Shown here: piece after piece, positions 16,544 through 20,000 of the stretch
Numbering within the stretch: position 1 is the stretch's first letter
Layout: each line of letters starts with the position of its first letter
DNA from: an uncultured virus (IMG/VR IMGVR_UViG_3300010391_000110)
Lineage: Duplodnaviria; Heunggongvirae; Uroviricota; Caudoviricetes
Virus record (IMG/VR): IMGVR_UViG_3300010391_000110
Strand: one strand, 5' to 3'
Length of the DNA stretch: 20,000 bases
Program-made: the position numbers and the translations under genes
The notes under the pieces: generated by a model
Databases searched by the model: none
Told to the model about the DNA's origin: nothing
What the model saw: the letters and a program-made list of their open reading frames with translations, nothing else

Positions 16544-16894
16544 ATGGCCAAGATGTACGTCCATATCAACCGCCACGAGCTCAAGAAGCTGTCCCTGGGC
16601 AAGGCCGGGCGGCCCTGGACCATCCACACGGGCGGCCGCTGCACCCGCGCCAGCGACGTCAGGCTGAACGGCCTCGCCGAGGCCCAGTGTTTCCCGGAGC
16701 GTCCCACCAACCCCAAGTGCTTCGTGGTCGTCGAGGGGACGCTCAAGAAGCTCGGCGGAGGCCGATACGAGATCATCTCGTCCGTGCAGCCGCGCGCGAA
16801 GATCGCCGGGAGGCCCGCGCCGGTGGACATGAAGGCCATGCTGCGCCGCGCCGAGACGGGTTTCAAGATGTCATTCGCGCCGCGCCGGCGGTAG
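16544..16894 (+). CDS. Hypothetical basic protein (phage-type VHINRH...PWTI pattern)
   Basis: Strong RBS. MAKMYVHINRHELKK...RPWTIHT...ASDVRLNG resembles a small uncharacterised phage protein family (from memory, unverified). Confidence 0.7.
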   Translation: MAKMYVHINRHELKKLSLGKAGRPWTIHTGGRCTRASDVRLNGLAEAQCFPERPTNPKCFVVVEGTLKKLGGGRYEIISSVQPRAKIAGRPAPVDMKAMLRRAETGFKMSFAPRRR

Positions 16895-16906
16895 GGCTTC
16901 CCGGTC

Positions 16907-17182
16907 ATGCGGGAGCTTGAAAAAGGCGGCGTCCACAACCGGAATGGTGCGTGGACCTCATGGCGCTTGAATCCGGAGGGGCCGGAGCCGAAGCGCCAAC
17001 TGGTCCTCGTCTCCTGCCCGACCTGCGGCCAGGTGGCTCAACTCCAGCACGAGATCGCCCTGGACGGCCTGGTCTCGCCCTCGGTCCAGTGTCCGGCCAG
17101 ATGCGGCTTCCACGAGAACGTGCGCCTCAAGGACTGGACGGATCCTCAGACGGTTCCTCAGGCAGGATCCGGAACGGATTGA
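16907..17182 (+). CDS. Small Cys/His metal-binding protein (DUF6527-like)
   Basis: CPTCG...VSPSVQCPARCGFH...W pattern. Confidence 0.6.
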   Translation: MRELEKGGVHNRNGAWTSWRLNPEGPEPKRQLVLVSCPTCGQVAQLQHEIALDGLVSPSVQCPARCGFHENVRLKDWTDPQTVPQAGSGTD

Positions 17183-17531
17183 GCCCCGGCATGACCTTGT
17201 AGGCGACAGCCCGGATCTGCGGGCCGTGCCGCGAGGCCCAATCGATGGCGCGCTCGACGCGCGCGGCCTCCTCCCCCGACTTGCCCGTCATCTGGAGGAG
17301 TTCCCGGATCCGGTCGGGCCACTGGGCGCTCGAGTAGAGGTTCTCGACCACGCGCCCGATCGTGTGGTGGAGCGGCTCGAGTCGTGGGCCGCCTCCAGGG
17401 ACGAATGCGATCGACTCGGTGGATCCCTGGGCGCGCACGACGACCTCCCGGATGAGGCCTCCCTCCCGAAAAAGGTCGAACGTGAGCGGACCGACCTGGA
17501 CGGCCTGGGGTTGGCGGGGCGCGTGCGGCAT
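17127..17531 (-). CDS. Hypothetical protein
   Basis: Starts 7 nt after the stop of the DUF3846-like gene; protein-like composition; 3' end overlaps the convergent gene by 56 nt. Confidence 0.55.
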   Translation of the reverse strand: MPHAPRQPQAVQVGPLTFDLFREGGLIREVVVRAQGSTESIAFVPGGGPRLEPLHHTIGRVVENLYSSAQWPDRIRELLQMTGKSGEEAARVERAIDWASRHGPQIRAVAYKVMPGLNPFRILPEEPSEDPSSP

Positions 17532-17538
17532 GGAGGCG

Positions 17539-17811
17539 CTACCAGCCCATCCCGCGGGGTAGAACCACGACGTCGCCCACGATCTCCCTGCCAGCGATCT
17601 GGCTGGCCTTCTCGTTGAAGGGTAACCCCTTCGGGATCCCCTCCTCGTTCAGGATCATGACGGCGCGCTTGGGGAGTCCGAGACGCTCCACGTAGCCGCC
17701 GACCATGTCCTGGAGCTCTTTGAGGCTGAACCTCGCCCCTTTCTCGGGGATCACCGGGATCACGGTCCCGTCAACCTTGATCCAGTGCGCGACTTTTGCA
17801 GCTTGAACCAT
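17539..17811 (-). CDS. DUF3846-like protein
   Basis: FSLKELQDMVGGYVE...MILNEEG..KGLPFNEKAS...IVGDVVV signature; AGGAG RBS. Confidence 0.85.
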   Translation of the reverse strand: MVQAAKVAHWIKVDGTVIPVIPEKGARFSLKELQDMVGGYVERLGLPKRAVMILNEEGIPKGLPFNEKASQIAGREIVGDVVVLPRGMGW

Positions 17812-17821
17812 GTCTTGGCTC

Positions 17822-19285
17822 CTATTCGCATCCTACCAGGCTTTCATCAACAACGACAGGCATCCGCTGCCTGAGCGTCAGGTAGGTGAACGTCGCGCAG
17901 CCCGTGTGGAGCGATTCGTCGTACCAGATCCCGCCTACGATCGCGGATCTGGCGCCCGCCTCATCCAGCGCGGCGTACAGCTGCGGGAAAAAGTCCTCCC
18001 AGCGCTCTTCCGCCTCGTCGAACGGGAGCCAGACGACGTCCGGGCGCGGCGCGATCGCCGCGAGCAGACTCTCCCGCGGCCGGCTCTCCCGGTGTCCGGT
18101 TTCCCAGCCTTGGTCGACGATGATCACGGGTCCTTGATGCTCGAGGATCGCCTGGGTGAGACGTTCGCCCAGGGCCTCCCCTTCATCGCGTCCCGCATGG
18201 GCGGTGTACGAATCCAGGCTCGAGAGGTGAACCAGGACCAGGGCCTCCGGGCCGTCGCCGCGCCCGGACATCTTCGGGGATTCCCCCTTCCCCCTGGCTT
18301 CTTCTTTCCGCTTGGACTTCTCGATGTCCTTCAGGATCCGTTCGCGCTCGGCCTGGCGCCATTCATCGCGTTCGCGTTCGATGTCCCATCGGTTTCGGCT
18401 CTCCTTCGCCCGGAACCCCTTGTCCGGACGGTCCTCGCCAGAGGGGACGAACTCCTTTTTCGGAGGGTTTTCCTTGAGCATCTTGTCGTACAGCGTGCAG
18501 ATCAGGTAGGAGTTCTTCCAGGCTTCGGGCGGCGCGAGCTCGAGCGCCTTACGTCCGAGTTCGTGATTGAAGGCCTCGGCCAGGACCTCGGCGTGGTAGT
18601 CACGTTCCAGATCGGACATCGCCCAGTCTCCCCGGACATCACTGAGTCCTGAGTAGTGGAACATGTTACTCCTGAATCCGTGGCCGCTCGCCCGACGGGC
18701 CATGAACTTGCGCCATTCGGCGTCGATCATGCGCCGGGCGATCCGGACGGCGTGATCGTGGAGTTCCTTCCGGGTGGGGTGATATGTCGGCTTTTTAGGC
18801 TCCGGCGGCGCTTTCTTTCCAGCCAGACGGAGTCCGTAGTCCGCGGGCGCAGACCCGTCCCCGTGGTCGAGCCCGTGTCGCATCCAACTTAGGAGGGTGC
18901 AGAAGAGGTCTAGGTTCTTCATGAGCCGGGGCTGGATGAGGGTGCCGACCAAGCGGTCCATGACGGAGGAGTAACCCCGGACGAAGGCGTCGACCCAGAT
19001 ACGGCGCTCCGCCGGCGTCCCCGAGGTTTCCCCGTGATGCTGCACGTGCATCTCGGAGCCGTACAGCCGGAAGTCGTCGACCATCTCGCGGGCCAGTTCA
19101 CCGGCTTTCCGGTCGACGGCTTTTGTGGAAATGGCGAGCTGGTCGGCGTCCCTCCAGAAAAGGAACTCGTCCCATTCGTTCCGCGCCAGCGTGCGCCCGG
19201 CGTCGTCCCCGTATTCCCGCCAGGTCTCCGGGCTGCGGTGGGTGACGATCCAGTTGCCCCACTGGGACTTCCAGTCGACGTCCAT
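17822..19285 (-). CDS. Modular 487-aa protein with a C-terminal isochorismatase/cysteine-hydrolase-like domain
   Basis: Last ~140 aa: ALVLVHL...PVIIVDQ...AIVGGIWY...GCATFT (Rossmann-like strands with a GG...C motif). Upstream helical modules are separated by charged linkers. A -10-like TAGAAT lies 9 nt before the ATG. Confidence 0.65.
   Translation of the reverse strand: MDVDWKSQWGNWIVTHRSPETWREYGDDAGRTLARNEWDEFLFWRDADQLAISTKAVDRKAGELAREMVDDFRLYGSEMHVQHHGETSGTPAERRIWVDAFVRGYSSVMDRLVGTLIQPRLMKNLDLFCTLLSWMRHGLDHGDGSAPADYGLRLAGKKAPPEPKKPTYHPTRKELHDHAVRIARRMIDAEWRKFMARRASGHGFRSNMFHYSGLSDVRGDWAMSDLERDYHAEVLAEAFNHELGRKALELAPPEAWKNSYLICTLYDKMLKENPPKKEFVPSGEDRPDKGFRAKESRNRWDIERERDEWRQAERERILKDIEKSKRKEEARGKGESPKMSGRGDGPEALVLVHLSSLDSYTAHAGRDEGEALGERLTQAILEHQGPVIIVDQGWETGHRESRPRESLLAAIAPRPDVVWLPFDEAEERWEDFFPQLYAALDEAGARSAIVGGIWYDESLHTGCATFTYLTLRQRMPVVVDESLVGCE
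17830..17838 (-). promoter_or_regulatory. Putative extended -10 promoter TGG-TAGGAT
   Basis: The minus strand reads cctggtaggatgcgaataggagccaagacATG: the motif, then the RBS, then start 17811. Confidence 0.45.
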
Positions 19286-19323
19286 TCTTAGCCGATTCTA
19301 CCCGTGACCCGGATTCAGGGCCA

Positions 19324-19332
19324 TGGTATTAT
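19324..19332 (+). promoter_or_regulatory. Putative extended -10 promoter TGG-TATTAT in a divergent intergenic region
   Basis: 8 nt upstream of ATG 19341; back-to-back with TAGAAT (19300-19295, minus strand). Confidence 0.55.
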
Positions 19333-19340
19333 CGATGCGA

Positions 19341-20000
19341 ATGAAGCTCTGGACGACGATCAGCCTGGAAAGGCTTCCAGGCATGATCCAGAACGGCATG
19401 GACAACCCGTATGCCGGCGAGATCCATTGCTCGGTGGAGGCGGCTCATATAGCTGAACGGGTTTTAGAAGATCCGGATGCGGGTGAAGCATTCCTGGAGC
19501 TTGAGATTCCGGATGCCGAACTGGACAGTCACCTTACGATCTGCATGGAGTCGCACTACCTCGACATCGAGGAGGGTATGCGGGACTCCCTGAATGACAT
19601 GGTCGAGAAAGGGGCCCCCCAGGAAGAGATCGATGCCCTGCAGGCGCAGATCGCCGCGGCCGAAGGTTCCCTGGACGGTGGTTCGGTAAGGGACATAATC
19701 CAGGCATTCGGCTACGCCTGTTTCTTCGCGGACACTGTCATCCCCCCGGCCTGGATCAAGGTGCTCGACCCGGCGACCATGCTCGAGGCACTCAACGTCG
19801 CCAGGGAGACGGACAACCCGGAACTGCTTGAAAAGGCGATCGAGACGACAGAGGCGCGGGGACTCGAGTCGCTCGGGGCTACCTTCTGGGTATGGCTCCT
19901 CCTCTTCATCCAGGGCCTGGCGCAGGGCAGGATCGTGACCCCTGCATCGATCGAGGCCATGGCCGAGCAAGCCGAGGCGAAAGAGGTGGCCAAGAAGGCC
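19341..20000 (+). CDS. Acidic degenerate ART-like protein, distant paralog of 9626..10489; 3'-truncated by the window edge
   Basis: Not in the ORF track (no stop in window). Hand translation: MKLWTTISLERLPGMIQNGM...AFLELEIPD...SVRDIIQAFGYACFFADTVIPPAWIKV...ATFWVWLLLFIQGL..., open to base 20000. Alternative in-frame ATGs at 19323 and 19335. Confidence 0.7.
   Translation, partial: MKLWTTISLERLPGMIQNGMDNPYAGEIHCSVEAAHIAERVLEDPDAGEAFLELEIPDAELDSHLTICMESHYLDIEEGMRDSLNDMVEKGAPQEEIDALQAQIAAAEGSLDGGSVRDIIQAFGYACFFADTVIPPAWIKVLDPATMLEALNVARETDNPELLEKAIETTEARGLESLGATFWVWLLLFIQGLAQGRIVTPASIEAMAEQAEAKEVAKKA

Noticed and set aside
17810..18652. 280-aa plus-strand ORF with a hydrophobic stretch
   Set aside because: Antisense to the 487-aa gene; the hydrophobic segment mirrors the Lys/Glu codons on the coding strand.
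19464..19993. Minus-strand ORFs 19464..19970 and 19712..19993
   Set aside because: The open plus-strand frame from 19341 has a promoter-like motif and paralogy to 9626..10489, so these are shadows.

Overview
GC-rich, gene-dense window with no tRNA, rRNA, CRISPR array or transposase that I can recognise. The left ~7.9 kb is a largely translationally coupled glycan-synthesis cluster: the 3' end of GDP-L-fucose synthase, a GT-D-like protein, an inverted GT-B-like gene, a GT-A/GT2, two tandem GT11 alpha-1,2-fucosyltransferases, a GT/FkbM-methyltransferase fusion, two SAM methyltransferases (one frameshifted) and a GT2-TPR protein. The remaining ~12 kb is a run of short, mostly orphan ORFs typical of a large virus or other large mobile element (inference; no capsid, terminase or integrase is in the window). 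It includes an FCP1/NIF-like HAD phosphatase, a minimal ATP-dependent DNA ligase, a ParB-like/ART-like fusion, a kinase-fold protein, a frameshifted GT2-like gene, Zn-ribbon proteins, a DUF3846-like protein and a modular protein with a cysteine-hydrolase-like tail. Main observations: (1) a hydrophobic-X-Gly motif (MSG, LAG, IAG, MLG, VLG, FLG) recurs at the ends of basic N-terminal leaders and at module junctions of unrelated proteins, suggesting a shared proteolytic-processing signal; (2) two distant paralogous ADP-ribosyltransferase-fold proteins with His replaced by Thr and acidic helical inserts, plus one His-intact copy; (3) a protein built from three 4-Cys modules separated by proline-rich linkers; (4) a repeated TGGTAnnnT promoter-like motif, often 6-8 nt from a start codon. 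All family calls come from motif recognition by eye, not database searches.
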